Shown: piece after piece, positions 1-14,310 of the stretch | Position numbering within the stretch: position 1 is the first letter of the stretch | Layout: each line of letters begins with the position of its first letter | Assembly: GCA_043228905.1 (NCBI GenBank) | Contig: JBHGNT010000016.1 | Span: forward strand, 15,934,001-15,998,000 | Origin: Azolla caroliniana | Taxonomy: Eukaryota > Plantae > Polypodiophyta | Direction: 5' to 3' | DNA: 64,000 nt | The notes under the pieces: generated by a model | Databases searched by the model: none | Seen by the model: the letters and a program-made list of their open reading frames with translations, nothing else | What the model was told of the DNA's origin: nothing | Program-made: the position numbers and the translations under genes

Positions 1-590
1 TTTCCAAGAAAATCTAAGAACATTAACGAAATCATGGAGATGATTGAACCAATGCTATTGGTTGATGTAGAAAATAATCATATTGATTATGAAATTATGG
101 ATGATCATGCTCATGTTTTTGACTTAACCCCAGAGATGGCTCATCATGGTTTCCATGCTACCCAATGGGATGCTGTAATGCAAGCTAAAGTTGATGTTTT
201 AAATCAAAATAAGATATGGACCTTAGTTCCATGGCCAAAGATAGAAAAGTCTTTTCAAGGAAAGGGGTTGTACCAAGAAAACTGATGCCACCTACATTGA
301 GGATAATGCCTCTATATGTAATCTTCTCTAATTCCTATAGCCTTAACCTTGAACACCATCAACTTGACATTGAAACCACTTTTCTGCATGGAGAACTCAA
401 GGAGATTTATGATGGAGCAACCAACTCATTTTTTAGATCTAGGATTCCTAGTCTATGCTTGCAAATTTCACAAATCATTATATGGTCTAAAATAGTCTCC
501 GCGTATGTGGCATTTCAAATTACACACTTATGTTGTTTGCATCTGCTTCAATCATCTTCAAGCAAAGCCAAATATCTACATTCTAAAATA
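1..590 (+). mobile_element. Highly degenerate Ty1/Copia RT remnant, duplicate of ~48965-49500
   Basis: Frameshifted RT motifs (WDAVMQAKVDVLNQNKIWTLV; HQLDIETTFLHGELKE). Near-identical to sequence downstream of the RLK at 50166, so part of the tandem duplication unit. Confidence 0.75.
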
Positions 591-913
591 AATGTTTTAC
601 ATTTAGCGAAGTATTTTAATTTTAGAAAAATCAATGTGCTCCGTTGTATCCCTTCACCAGAAGAGGTCTGCACATTCTCTAACCTCTAATAAACCATAAC
701 AAACAAAATGAAACATAGAAACGATCAATCTTAGAATCAATACAACACATAATTGACTGTCTCTCTCTTTCTCTCTCTCGTTTATTTCTCACATATTGGA
801 ACAAACTTTTTACAGTTATTATTACACATGAGAAATCCATGGTTATCATATATCGTCCAGGAATCCATAAATGTTGTTAAATAATGTTGAATAGTCCATG
901 ATGATCACATGTT

Positions 914-2838
914 TTACTTAGTTTTTCCATATGTATGATCACTGAGATGAAGTGAGTCCATGTATTCCTCGGAGGTGGACTTGTCCCCGCGAGTATAAGC
1001 ATTCTCGAATATGATTGGTGTCGACTGTTCTGCTCGGCTACTGCAGTTCTCTGGCGAGATTTGATTGTATTTTGAAATTACTTCCGACCTGTGTCAGTAT
1101 GAATAAACATGTCCAAATCTGTCTGTCAATGAGATTTCCTAACTACTATACATATATGAGGAATCTGGAGGGAATTATTTACAAATGATTAATACTAACC
1201 CGTTGATTGCTGATGGAACAATATCCAATTGGAGACTGCTGTGGTTGCCCGGAGACCAGCACAATACTGCTGCTGCTGTATGATCATAGGAGCGATTCAT
1301 TTCCTGTGTATGATTGACAGGCCAAACGAAATAAGGATATCCATATCCGCTGTAATCTGTAGTGTTAATTATCCGGTCACTATTTTGTTTTGTTTTCTTT
1401 TAATAACATTTATTATTATTATTATTAGATAGTAATATGAAACAAAACAAAAGTTTTGTTTCTTTAGTAATTATTACCCTTACTTTATTCTTTAAAAGGG
1501 TAAATGTAAGTTACGTTTTTTAGCGAGTAAAGAAAGAAAATAATAATAGTAATAATAATAATAAAGAGTAAAACAAAACAAAACGACCGTTTTTGTTTTG
1601 AGAGAGACAAAGAGAAGGTGGAAAGGAGATATATATATATGGGAAGAGATGAGAACAAGGTATGAGAGCGTGAAGGAGAGTGAAGCATTGTGAAGCATAG
1701 AGAAGCTTAGTGAAGCTTGGTGAATCTTGGTGAAGCTCGGTGGAGCTTGGTGGAGCTTGGTGAAGCTTGGTGCTCGACTCATCTACTCTTAATCTTCTTT
1801 CCATCTCCGCTACTCAACGTGAGATCTACACGGCTACTACTTCGACTTGTGGACATTCTTATCCGGGTTTTCTTCTCTCTTCTTTTCTACTATATGCTTG
1901 AGAGATAGTCTTATCCCTTTGGATTATTGTACCATTTTTGTCGGTAGTATTATGCTACATATCTCTACATATTTCTAGTATATCTAGAAGTAGAACTTGT
2001 ACTTTGTGTTGTATCTCTTTCTTGATAGTGGATTGGTTTTGGACTTTTGTCCCGTGGTTGTTTCCCTCATTGAGGGTTTTTCCACGTTAAATCTTGTGTA
2101 ATCTTTTTTGTGTCATTGTGTGTGTGTTGTTGTGTTCCTTTTACATTATAATCGAGCATAAAACGTGACGCGTGTTACACTCTTACGTGTCTATACCTCA
2201 TCATGTAGAACTATTAGAGGTATTGTTGTTGTTTAAGGCTTTGTATTGAATCTTGGTGTAGAGTGTAAGGGTCCCGTTCTCCATGGCTAGCGTGTGGCTG
2301 GCTGTTTTATTGCCTGATTCCGTGGTGGGGGTGGTGAGATTCGTCCCGGATCGAAGGGCTTGCAGCACCATGAGCGTGTCGGTGGGATGCTCATAAGATA
2401 GTAGGAAGGGGTGCTGGCATTGCTCCTGCGGCACAGCTCGTCCGCGGAGATGACGAAGAAGAGCTGAAAGTAGAGAGTGTAGTTGAGGTTATAATGTCCC
2501 GACGGAACGGCAGCTGGGCGACCATACAGCCTGTCCTGGCTGCTCAATGCTTGTAGAAGGGATCCGTTGTTGCAGGAGCGAATCGTGGATCTGATCAGCG
2601 GAAAGTTGCCCAGATCATTGGAGTAGGAAAAGAGGCTGTCGTCCACGTTAGAGGCGGGGAACTGGTAGGGATCCGCCGCAGCGACGGTAGGAATGGATGT
2701 TATTAATAATAGAAGAAGTAAAGACGTGGCCGCCATACAGCAGCAGAAGTAGGAGCAGCAGGCCCTCCTCCTCCAAATGACTTGAATTAAACCTCCCCGC
2801 CAATCCTTACTATTATTAGCCAAGCCCTCCATCACCAT
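914..2838 (-). pseudogene. G-type lectin receptor-like kinase pseudogene (copy A)
   Basis: Close paralogue of 50166-53465. A ~1.93-kb deletion (junction ~979) removes EGF/PAN, TM and kinase; a 286-bp frameshifting deletion lies at ~2399; a solo LTR sits at 1363-2203; the intron is retained at 1089-1199. Confidence 0.9.
1363..2203 (+). mobile_element. Solo LTR (Copia-like), 841 bp
   Basis: TG...CA ends; 5-bp TSD TGTAG (1358-1362/2204-2208); absent from paralogue C; contains a CCGTGGTT...GGGTTTTTTCCACGT LTR motif and short TGAAGCTTGG-type repeats (~1680-1772). Confidence 0.85.
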
Positions 2839-4189
2839 CCTTCTCGTATCATAATCACACCCACATGTGTAATGCTCACTCTCTCTCTCTCTCTCTTGTG
2901 TGTGTCTGTATAACCCACATGTTTGAGCTATAACAAGAACATGGACGACTATCTTGTGTGTGTGTGTCTAATAACCCACATGTTTGAGTGCATAGTAAGA
3001 AGATTGACGACCTCTCCGTCCATACGAACGTTATAGGGGCCAACACGTTTCCTTCTCTTATGGTGCCAAGTACTCGGTGATCACCAACAGTACATATGCT
3101 CCTTCTACGTTGACTAAATGATGAGAAGATGATGAAGTGGATCAAGCCAATATATTATTGTCGTATAGCAAAATCATAGTTTTCTTGCGTTTATGAGCGT
3201 TGACTTTGACAAATGGTTATGATTGGAAATGTTGACAATGGCACAATGATCATAAAGCTTGATGTTTCAACGATCTCCCCACTCTCTTTATACTCTCTTC
3301 TTGTTGTTCTTTATCTCTATACTTCATTGTTCATGAGTTCAAGTGGTCTACAGTGTACACTTCCTACTCTTACAAAACTACAATATACCCAACATTGACT
3401 TCTTAAATATGAGATGCCTCAAGAAACTATTGTATTTCCAATATTGACTTCCAAAAAAGACGATGCCTTAATAACTACCTAATTTCAAGGTTGAACTTGA
3501 CAATTATTGGGAGCCTTAAAGAACTACCTATCACTATCATTGACATTGGAATATGAGATACGTTTTGCACTCAATGAAGAGGATGCCATGCATATCATAC
3601 CCACATTTCGGATTATTACTAAATTCTATGTCACTTCCATGTACGATTGAGTAGAAACTCTATTTAAAGAAAATCTCATCTTTTGTATAAGGTTTTGTTT
3701 ACTTTTCATTCATACATAAGGGGCATATGGGTCAAAGCATGCTACGGTGTACCAAAAAAGTATTGTTTTTGGCCAAGAAAAACACGAGTACTTTTAGTAC
3801 TGTTAGTACTAAGTAATTATAAAAAATATTTTTAAAAATCGAAAAATTTTATAATATTTTTAGGGAGTGGGATGGGGGTAGTACACATTGCATTTAATGG
3901 GGGGAAACAATTGTGAGGTATTCAAGAGTCAGGACTGATTTGGGGGCTATTTCCCCCTCACTTTTAATTTAGCACAACACATTAATTGAATGTGGCGCTT
4001 CTCACCATTTTGGCGCATCCTCTTCCTCCCAACCGAGCCCATCTCTATTTGTCATTCTCTGCATCTCCGGTATTCACAGCACACGAATGTCCCCAATATT
4101 TGGGGTCTTGCCATTCCTTATCTACGAATCAAACCTACGTGGAGATGATCAAGCGTTCTTTGTGTCACACATCTGAGCCATCTTGGCCT

Positions 4190-4665
4190 TTCGTTGCTAT
4201 GTCTTCTCCTTCCCTCGGTATGTCTTCTTCTTCCCTCGGTATGTTGTCTCCTTCCCTTGGTATGTCTTCAAAACTGTTTTTTAAGCATTGGTTATTTCAG
4301 AATTGTTTTTTAAGGTTTACTATTTATTGATTATCCTTTGAAATGGAAACTTGAAGATTTATTTATGCTGAAAAGATAATGTCTTCATCATCATGATGAT
4401 TATTATTGTCAAGTTCTAGATCTTAATAGAATGATAATCTTCCCTCGGTATGTCGTCTCCTTCCCTCAGTATGTCTTCAGAACTGTTTTTTCAGAACTGT
4501 TTTTTAAGCATTGGTTATTTCAGAACTGTTTTTTAATGTTTGCTATTTATTGATTATCCTTTGAAATGGAAACTTGAAGATTTATTTATGCTGAAAAGAT
4601 AATGCCTTCATCATCATGATGATTATTATTGTCAATTTCTCGATCTTAATAGAATGATAATCTTC
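4190..4665. repeat. Tandem duplications in the 5' region of the DNA transposon
   Basis: 21-bp TCTTCTCCTTCCCTCGGTATG units, plus a ~220-bp block duplicated at ~4230-4440 and ~4440-4665. Confidence 0.8.
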
Positions 4666-6539
4666 TGGCACTGATGTTAGGCACTTGTGGATAACACCTG
4701 AAACTTGACTTTTATATTAGCCTATTGGTTTGGTTGTCTTTCTTAGTATTGTATTGTTTTGTTAAAGGAATATATGTGTGTGGTATTATCGTACATGTTT
4801 ATTCGAAAACTGGTTGATGTGGTTAATTAGGTATTGAAATAACAAGAAATTAGGTGCTAAAATACATGAGAGTGGCAATGGTAGATGTCAAGGAGAGTGA
4901 GTTGTCAAATGGTAGATGTCAAGGAGAGTGAGTTGTCATGTAGCAATTCTATGTCTGAGAGGAGCAAGAGAAGGGTGGTTCTTCACATAGTTCGTTATTT
5001 ACTAGAAGTAATTGAGAGATTTACCAAGGAAGATCGTAGGGATATTATCTCTAGAGTGTTATCTCTAGAGGAGATTGTAGACTCTATGAAGTCATCGCTA
5101 CACTTAGTGAAAGGGGTAGAGAGCATAGATAAGCCTGGTGCAAAAAGAGCAGCCCTTCACATGGTTAATGGTACAACCAAAAAAATATATAGTGATACTA
5201 AAGTTGCCTTAGCCCTTGGTATTCAAAGAAGAAACTTGAGGAAGCATCGGACAAATATACAGTCAAATCAATTTAAGTGGTTGGGGTTAGGCTGTAGACG
5301 ACGATGTGATGCCTTGTCTCAAGAGATTGTTGAGAAAATGGATTCCTTTTGGACAAAAAACACTCGTGTCTCACCGAATAAAAAAGATGTATGTAGACAA
5401 CGTATAAGTCGGGGTAGGTACCAGATTCACCCAAAACACTTCTTGGAGATGACTGAGGTAATTCTTTTGTTTTAAAAAAATAAATTGTACTAAAGGATTC
5501 TATTAACATTTGTTATTTATTGAGTGATGTAGGCGGAATTGTTCATGAACTTCAAAGACCAACATCCTAACATCAATCTTGGATTTCGCAAGTTCCAAGG
5601 TTTGAAACTGTTTTTTGTTAGAAAGTTAAAAGAGAGGAACACATGTTGTTGTGTGTACCACATTAAAATGAACATGTTAAGGCTTGGCCTGAACAGTATG
5701 CGTACTGATTCTAAGGGTATACACGGGGATGGGTGTGTTTGCACTTGTGAGGTATGTAGACCAAATGGCAGTGATAATAGATGTAATGCATGAAACATGA
5801 CTTACGCATCGGTTTCTGAGATATGGAGGTCTTTTGTTTGTGAAAAACAACCATCATCTGAGTGGCATATCGTACATGTCTTCTAAGAGCATGTAAAGTG
5901 TGCCCACAACCACCATTTTGTAGACAAGAGCTTGATGTAGATAACTGTCATATTGTGAAATGGAAATATTTAGAGTATGTGACAGAAAATATAGGTAAGG
6001 GTCTTGTTAGTAAGCGTATCAAGGAAGTATATAAGGAGACATGTGCTGCTACCCTTGTCTCAGAGTTTAAGAACCAACTCGAGGAGTTCATTCCACATAA
6101 CTTTAGGAGTTATTGGCAAAATTCACAGTTCAAGGAATGTATAAATAACTTACCACCAGATGTTATAGTATCCGTTATTGAATTTGCAAAGAACTATACG
6201 TTTAAAGTTCAAAATGAGGTTCAATCAATGCATTGGTATAATGACCAATGCACAATACTTGTACATATTTGCTACTGGAGAGAAAAGACGGTGAGTTACA
6301 TAAGAAATCAATATTCTACATTTCAGATGATAAAAAGCATGATACGCTATTTGTTCAACATTGTTTTAAGCTTCACCATGTAGATTTATTGCCCTTGGAT
6401 GTTAACTTTAATCGGCATTGGGTTTGGTCTGATGGTGTTACCTCGCAATTTAAGGCGGCCCGGTCCTTCTACTTCATTGCAAGGTGAGGAAATAATCCAT
6501 ATGTTTGGTACTTATAAATGGAAGTCTATTTTGGTAATA

Positions 6540-7625
6540 CTCCATAGTACTTAGAAATGTTTGTATAAAATACTGAATGACATGCACCTAGATTCACTAG
6601 TACTGATTATGGTAATAACAATGTTAAGTAAACTTAACTTACAGGTTAGTACTGTCATCCTACATGTACAAGTACTAATTAAGGTTGAGGCCTTGTAATG
6701 TATGCGTAATTTACAACATAGTATTGTCCCCAAAGGTGCACATGTACAAGTACTAAATTATAACTTAGGATTGCCCCCTCTTAGTAATGTTTGTACTAAT
6801 GAGTAACTTAGCTATAATCAACTTTGTTCGTTAGTACTAATTTATAACTTAGGATTGTCCAACTTAGTACTAATTAATCACTTAGAACTGTCCAACTTTG
6901 TTCATTAGTACTAATTAATCACTTAGAACTGTCCAACTTTGTTCATTAGTACTAATTAATCACTTAGAACTGTCCAACTTTGTTCATTAAGACCAACTTA
7001 TAACTTAGGACTATCCGTTGTCATGCACTAGTACTAAATTATAACTTACGATCGCCCCCTCTCAGTAATGTTTGTACCAATTCACATCTTAGCTATATTC
7101 AACTTTGTTCGTTAGTACTAATTTGTTCATTAGTACTATCCATTAACTTAGTATTGTCCTACTTTGTTCATTAAGACCAACTTAGTACTATGGACTGTCC
7201 GCTGTCATGCATTAGTACTAATTACAAACTTAGAACTATCCAACTTTGTTCATTAAGACCAACTTATAACTTAGGACTGTCCTTTGTCATGCATTAGTAC
7301 TAATTAATAACATATTACTCTCCAACTCTGTACATTACGACCAACTTATAACTTATGGATGTTCTCTCTCATGCATTAGTACTGATTAGTAACTTACCAC
7401 TCCCCTCTCTCGTTTGTTAGTACTAATTCCCAACTTAGTACTATCCTTTCTCGTGCATCATTACTAATTAATAACTTACCACTTCCCTCTCTCGTTTGTT
7501 AGTTTTAATTTCCAACTTAGTATTATCCTCTCTCGTGCATTAGTACTAATCAATAACTTAGTGCTATCCTCTCTTGTTCATTTGTATTGATTCAAATATT
7601 AGTATTGTTCACTCATGCATAAGTA
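6540..7625. repeat. Intronic degenerate ~40-bp repeat array built on the palindrome TTAGTACTAA
   Basis: Near-perfect units TTAGTACTAATTAATCACTTAGAACTGTCCAACTTTGTTCA at ~6864-6990; more than a dozen TAGTACT(A) cores across transposase intron 2. Confidence 0.85.
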
Positions 7626-8754
7626 ATAATTATGGTTTAAGTCATGCAATTAATTATGTTTGTTGGCTAACTGTCATGCAAAACACCTAGATACTTCTCA
7701 TTGACAAACATTAGGATGCAATGGAACTACTTCGGGTCTGGACATGGAAAGGGAGAGCATGATGGTGCGGGGGCTATGATCAAGCGTGCTCTTACATTGG
7801 AGCAGTTGGATAATAAAGGTGCTAAGCTACAAAATGCACATGATGTTGTGGAATGCCTCACATGGAAGATGTCAAATGATGGTAAGAATAGATTGTTTAT
7901 TGAGGTTCGTGCTAATGAGGTGGATAGGAGTAAATCATACGGCTGTAAAACCGTGAAAGGGACGCGCAAGACCCATTGTGTTTTACGGTTTAGTCGCAAG
8001 GACACAACACAATTGTTATTCCGCAGTTTATCTTGCTTTTGTTCCATGTGTTTAGATGAAGCTTGGGATGAATGCACCAATCTATCAATTGTGGAGCCAT
8101 GGAAGCTACAAAAGCTAGAGATAGAAGACATCGTGAATATCCAAGAAAACGAACATTCAGACCATATTGTCTACTACAACCAATGTGAGGACTTGGCAAC
8201 ATGATTGGAAATTGGAGATCATTTTTGTTGAGAGACAAGCTCAACATCGGCCGGATCGGCTGAGCAAGCCGAGGACTGGATCGGTTGGGATCGATTGGTT
8301 AGGCCGGACCGGTGCGTAAAATGGATACGTAAACCGGTGCGTAACGAGAGGCCGTATCGGTGCGTAAACCGAAAGGCCGTTAGAGAGATATTCCTCGTAA
8401 GGAATAGTTTTGGGAGTAAGTGTCGAGGCTCATTTATGAGCAGTCAAGTACTGTCAGTACTTGTGTCAGCCCGATTGTCAGGGCTTGTATAAAAGGTTCT
8501 CACTGAGCACGGTGTATGTACACAGAGTTAGTATTTTTTGAATTGAGTTTTTTTTCTGTGTGTTCTCTCTCTGTCTCTCCCATGTATTGTGTATACTCAA
8601 GCTCTCCATTAAACCTGCATGTTTTCTGTGTGTTTGGTTTTCCATTGCTTCCGCACATAATTTTTTACATGGTATCAGAGCGCGAGGGTTGAGAACCTCT
8701 ACAACCAACATAGCTTGAAAGGAAAAACCAACCGATAAGAACAGGTAAAAACCG

Positions 8755-11700
8755 ATGGATAGAGGCATGGCTAGCTCGCTTTCGACGGAGAAGCTCGACA
8801 GAAACAACTACGCATCTTGGTCCTACAAGATGCACCAGTACCTACTCGGACACGGTTACTGGAGCTATGTCGATGGAGCAAATGACACAGCCCCCGATTC
8901 GACCCACAAAGACTTCCCGGCGTGGGAACAATTGGCGAGCAGAGTGCTGTACTGTTTTGCGTCTTGTGTGGGCAAACAACTATTAAGCTACGTTCGGGAT
9001 GCAAAAATGCCGAAGGGTGCGTGGGAAAATCTGAAGAAGATCTTTGCCGCGAGCACCACGGTCAGGAAGCTTTAGCTCCGATAGGAGTTGAGCAACCTAC
9101 GACAACGCGATTTGTCGATGGCTGACTATACCTCAAAGATCAAGGACATATGCGACTGCTTAGCTTCCATCGATGTGAACATCAAGGAAAGCGAGATGGC
9201 CCAGGTCTGTCTCGGGGGTTTGGCGTCAAAGTTCGGAGCATTCCGAACTGTTGTGTGTACACAGGAGAATACGTCGTCGTTTTTCAACTTATAGTCGATG
9301 CTCCTTACAGAAGAGAACCACGCGGGTGCGTCGACAAGCACGCATGCCGACAACAAGATGCTGTACACGGAGGGAGATAGGCCCCGTGGTCGTGGCGGAC
9401 GAGGCGAGTCAGTACGCAATGGAGGCGGCCGACGGGATCAAGGAAGAAGGCATCGAAGTGATGCCGATAGCTATTCCGGACCCTCCGGAAACAGGGGAAG
9501 TCGAGGCGACGAGAACCGGCAAGGGAAATCTGTCGTGGAATGCTAGTACTGTGGCAAGAAAGGCCACAGGGACAGCGAGTGCTGGAAAAAGAGCGCCGAT
9601 TCGGGGAGAACCGGGTTCGGAACAGGTTCCGGACAGACCGACAAAGGAAATCGACAACGATCACACTACACCGAAGGATCCGGAGAAGCCGGAAAAGGGT
9701 CAGTCTTTGTGACGAGACACGAAGCAAACTCCATGAAGAAGATCACCCCGAAGTCGGAGGTGTGGTACGTCGACTCCGGCGCGTCAAATCACATGACGAG
9801 CCATAAGGAGTGGTTCTTGTACCTAGAAAAACCGATGCAACCGGGAGTAGTCGCAACCGGAGACAACACTCCGCATCCGATCGCGAATGTCGGAGAAGTT
9901 CCCCTAAGCCATGTCGGGCAGAAAGGGAAACTCATGAACGTGCTACATGTTCCGACAATCACGAAGAACTTGGTATCGGTCGGACAGATCGTCGACCAAG
10001 AGATGGAGGTCCGGTTTACACACCTCGGGTGCTTCATTGAGGACGAAGGCCGTGTTATTGCGCAAGGGTGCAGAGATGGGAGGATGTTCATCCTCGACTC
10101 TACTGACGGTGGCACCGTAATGTTTGCGAAGGGACAAAAGGTCGAGTTGGACATTGACTTATGGCACAAGCAGTTAGGCCATGTCAACTGCCAGCGGCTT
10201 CAAGACCTGCAATCGAAACAGGTGGTGTTCGGATTGCCCAAATTTAGTGGCCGGAAGGCACAAATTTGTGAAGCCTGCCAGCTTGGGAAGCAACACCGAC
10301 TTCCCTTCCTCAATGAGCGTAACCGGAGCTAGAACAAGCTCGACTTGTTACACTCCGATGTGTGGGGGTCGGCACAAAACGTTAGTCTTGGTGGGAGCCG
10401 ATATTTCGTCTCCTTCATCGACGACTACACGCGGCACACGTGGATCTACCTCATCGACGACTGTTTCCAAGACCTCAAAGGGTTCGTGGAAATGGAAACA
10501 AGAAAAAAGATCAAGTGCCTGCGGTCGAATGGTGGAAAAGAATACTTTTCCGATCAATCCAACGATTATCTACAATAGATGGGAATCTGGTGCGAATTCA
10601 GTTGTAGATATACGCCGGAGCAAAACGGCGTGGCCAAGAGGAAAAATCGGTTGGTTGTGGAAGTGGCATGGGCAATTCTAGAGAAGAAGAGCTTGCCCAA
10701 GTTCTACTGGGCCGAGGCAGTAAGGACCGCGGTATACATCCAGAACCGGATCGGAGACAAAGCGTCGGTGCACGATCTATATTTCGGAACGAAGACGAAC
10801 TTGCGACACTTACGAGTTTTCGGTAGCATTGCATATGTGCATGTGCTGAAGGAGAAACGGAGGAAGCTGGAAACAAAGGCCAAGAAATGTATCTTGGTCG
10901 GTTACTCAGATGAGTAGAAGGGTTATAAGTGTTATAACCTGCGCTCCAAACAAGTGTGCGTGAGCCGCGACGTTGTGTTTGACAAGTTCGCATCCTGGTA
11001 CTTGCCTCCGACTCGGGACCTCACCTCCAATCCGAGTTTTGACGATGAGGTCAGCAAGACTGAGATGCCTCCGGATGAGCCTGAAATAGGGACCCGTGAA
11101 GATAGTCCGATTTCGTTTCGGTTAAGTGGACCGAATGGACGACTGAGTCGGTTCGACCAGTCCGATGAAGAGCCGGCGAGTAGTGGAGACTCAGTTGCGC
11201 ATTCCCCACGCAGGAAGCCGCGGAGACGGCTTACGCTCAAAGAGAAAGGGAAGAAGAAGGTGTCGGATTCTGGCACGGATAGGAACGAGTTCGACTCCGA
11301 GGGAAGCGGTGATGGGTCTTCAAGAGCGAAGTCTGCATCAGCTGAGAAGACCTCGATATCGGGTAATGACCAATTACGCCGATCTACCTGCCAGAAGAAC
11401 CCAGTTGTGCGGTTCGGATACAACGAGTACATGGCGCATCATTATGCGTACATGACCCGTGTAGCGGAAGTGCGTGAGCCGGAGAGCTATGCAGAAGTGG
11501 CTAAGGACACGAATTGGCGCGCCGTGATGGAGGAAGAGATGCACGCATTGGCGGAAAATGAGAGCTGGGACCTGGTTGATGCACCGAAGGGTGTGAAGCC
11601 GATCAGATGTAGGTGGGTGTACAAGGTCAAGTACAACACCGACGGCTCGGTCAACCGATACAAGGCCCGGTTAGTGGCAAAAGGCTACGCACAAAAACAT

Positions 11701-13020
11701 GGCATCGACTACGATGAGACGTTTGCGTTGGTCACGAAGATGACGACCGTCCGTGTTTTGCTCGCGGTAGCTGCGGCAAAGGGGTGGCACTTACATAAGA
11801 TGGATGTAAAGAATGTGTTCCTACAAGGTCAGATTGAGGAACAGGTGTACATGGTACAACCCCCCGGATTTCACTCCGGAACGAACACGTCGGTAGTGTG
11901 CCGTTTGAAGAAGTCCCTTTATGGACTGAAGCAAGCCCCTTTACGGACTGAAGCAAGCCCCGCGTGCCTGGAACGCGAAGATCACACAACAACTGTGTCG
12001 GATGGACTTTGCAACGTCAAAATCGGACCCTTCCCTGTTCATCCGGAAAGGTCGACTCGGTCCGGTCAGTATTTTACTATATGTTGATGACTTGGTCATT
12101 ACCGGCGCCGACCTAGGTGAAATCAACTGCGTGAAGCTCCAACTTGTGGCATCGTTAGACATGAAGGATTTGGGGGATCTTCATTACTTCCTCGGGATCG
12201 AGGTGATCCGCACCCCCGAAGGCATACTGATCAGCCAACGACATTACGTGCTGAGTATGCTCTTCATATTCGGGATGGCAGACTGTAAGTCCGTCTCGAC
12301 TCCTCTGGATAGAACCGTCAAGCTTCGCCCCGATTTTGGAAAGCTATGTGACTCGACGAGGTTCCGACAGATCGTCGAAAGCCTTATATACTTGACCATC
12401 ACTAGACCAGATCTCAACTACCCGGTCGGGGTGATTAGTCAATTCATGGCGCGATCTACCGAGGAGCACCTTCAATGCGCACAACGCGTACTCCGGTATG
12501 TAAGTGGCACTAAGGACAGGGGGCTGCTATATCGGTTCGGTACAGCCCCGCAGTTGATCGGCTACACCGATGTCGACTGGGTCGGCAACGCCGCCGATCG
12601 CCGATCCACGTCTGGATACACGTTCTCTCTTGGGAGTGTCGCGATAGCGTGGAGCAGTAAGAAACAGCCGGTAGTTGCACTATCGAGCACCGAAGCTGAG
12701 TACTGAGGAACGGCTGTCGCGACATGCAAAGCCATATGGTTGAAGTGGCTACTCAAGGACCTGTAAGAGGAGGTGTCCAATCCAACGAGGTCTACTGCGA
12801 ATACCTCAGCAACATCTAGCTCGCGAAGAACCCCGTCTTCCACGCATGGACCAAGCACATTGAGGTGCACTACCATTTTTTCCATGAGCGTGTCCTTTCT
12901 GGTGAAGTCGAACTTCAGTATCTTTCGACGGATCGGCAACACGCCGATATTTTCACCAAGCCTCTTGGTCTCGGGTGCACTTGGGTTGCGTCACCTTGGC
13001 GTGCCGAACTTGAGGGGGAG
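8755..13020 (+). pseudogene. Copia gag-pol with multiple premature stops and frameshifts
   Basis: Gag with zinc knuckle, protease WYVDSGASNHM, integrase, RT ([14 protein letters not shown]), RNase H (SSTEAEY). Stops at ~9073, 9292, 9544, 10330, 10576, 10915, 12704; a ~22-bp duplication causes a frameshift at ~11920-11960. Confidence 0.9.
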
Positions 13021-13799
13021 AGACGTAGACGTCCCAAATGACCACGGAAGGGAGTAGGAAAGGAGCGGAAAAGACCGTGACACAGAGTGGATGACGAATT
13101 CGACTTCGGATCGGCTGAAGAAGCCGAGGGTGGATCCGCGAAAGAGTCCAAAAGCGGACATAAGGGGAGTAGCCGAAAGAAAGAGCCGAAGCCAACCAAG
13201 CATGGGGGAGATGATGCCGTCAAGGACAAGAAGACCGAAGACGAGTTGGAGATAGCCAACTTGGACGAGAGCGAAAACCGGTTGGAGGTAGCCAAGTCGG
13301 TTCGGATGTTCGATTCGGATACACTGAATCAACCGAGGGACAAGCGGAAAAGAAGGAAGTAGGAGAAACGCCAACACCGCAACAGCAAGGGAGTTGTGAA
13401 GGGCCATGGGAGTAGACAAGCCAACCGGAAGGGTCGAAGTGCGCGGAGTCGAACAGGCCGAGGAGCGCTGTCGGGGTAGTTGTGGTTCATGCGGCGAAGT
13501 CGTAGGGATGAAGGTTAAGGAGAGTTGAAGGAACTTAAATTTTAATAAGTCTTGTATGGTGATGTAAGAAAGGTTAAGAATAGCAAGAAGAAGAGTTACG
13601 AATAATGTTTGTGAGAGAGAGAGAGGAGAATAGATAGAAGATAGAGACAATATATGATTCAAGAAGCAAGATAGAAGAAACAAAGTATGATTTAAGAAGC
13701 AAGAGTATTTAATATAAACATGATGTATATTAAAAAGACAATATTTTACCAACTTTACAATCCTTGATCACAAACTGAACCCATTCTCTACCGACCCTT

Positions 13800-13858
13800 A
13801 ATTTGAACCCACGACCTCAACTTCGAAACGAGAGGTTCTCCACCCAATGAGCTAGTCT
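13800..13858 (-). other. tRNA-derived (SINE-head-like) sequence inside the solo LTR
   Basis: Minus strand reads TAGCTCATTGG...GAGGTCGTGGGTTCAAAT: A-box and B-box at tRNA spacing; no acceptor stem. Confidence 0.55.
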
Positions 13859-14114
13859 TCTTTACTTGATTGTATTATTTTCTCAGTGTCTCTTGATTGA
13901 TTGATTACCTTGTTTTCCCCTTTCCCCTCTTAATATAAGTGTTGCCATGCATATGGTAATGTATGGGAGCATGGCATGCATGCAATGCATGAGTTACATG
14001 TAATGCATGATCACCATTTGGCGCTCATGCATTGCATGTGATGAATGATGGCTATGTATGAAAATAGATATGGGATAAGTATAATGATGAAAAATGCATT
14101 CTTAAAATAACGAA

Positions 14115-14310
14115 CCTAGCTTAGTGGTGTATGCTTGGTGCTTGGTATACAAGGTTGAGGGTTCAAGTCCCTCAATTTTACTTAATACAATATATAACTT
14201 CATTCTTATATCATGAAGCACATTTATTACACACTTTTACAAATAAATAGCCTAGCCTAGTGGTATGTACATTGTACTTCGTATATAAGGGTGTGAGTTC
14301 AAGTCTCTCA
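14115..14310 (+). other. Two tandem tRNA-derived Pol III A/B-box units inside the solo LTR
   Basis: TAGCTTAGTGG...TGAGGGTTCAAGTCCCTCA (perfect T-arm hairpin, ~14117-14174) and TAGCCTAGTGG...GAGTTCAAGTCTC (~14253-14310), each in a ~135-bp duplicated unit. Confidence 0.65.

Noticed and set aside
6540-7625. CRISPR-like array
   Set aside because: Eukaryotic intron; units are degenerate duplications without unique spacers; no cas genes.
12991-13752. 253-aa minus-strand hydrophobic ORF, env-like
   Set aside because: Spans the junction between the solo LTR and the host Copia, so it is chimeric and compositionally biased.
14115-14310. Functional tRNA genes
   Set aside because: No acceptor stem and imperfect arms; they lie inside an LTR, so they are kept only as tRNA-derived motifs.
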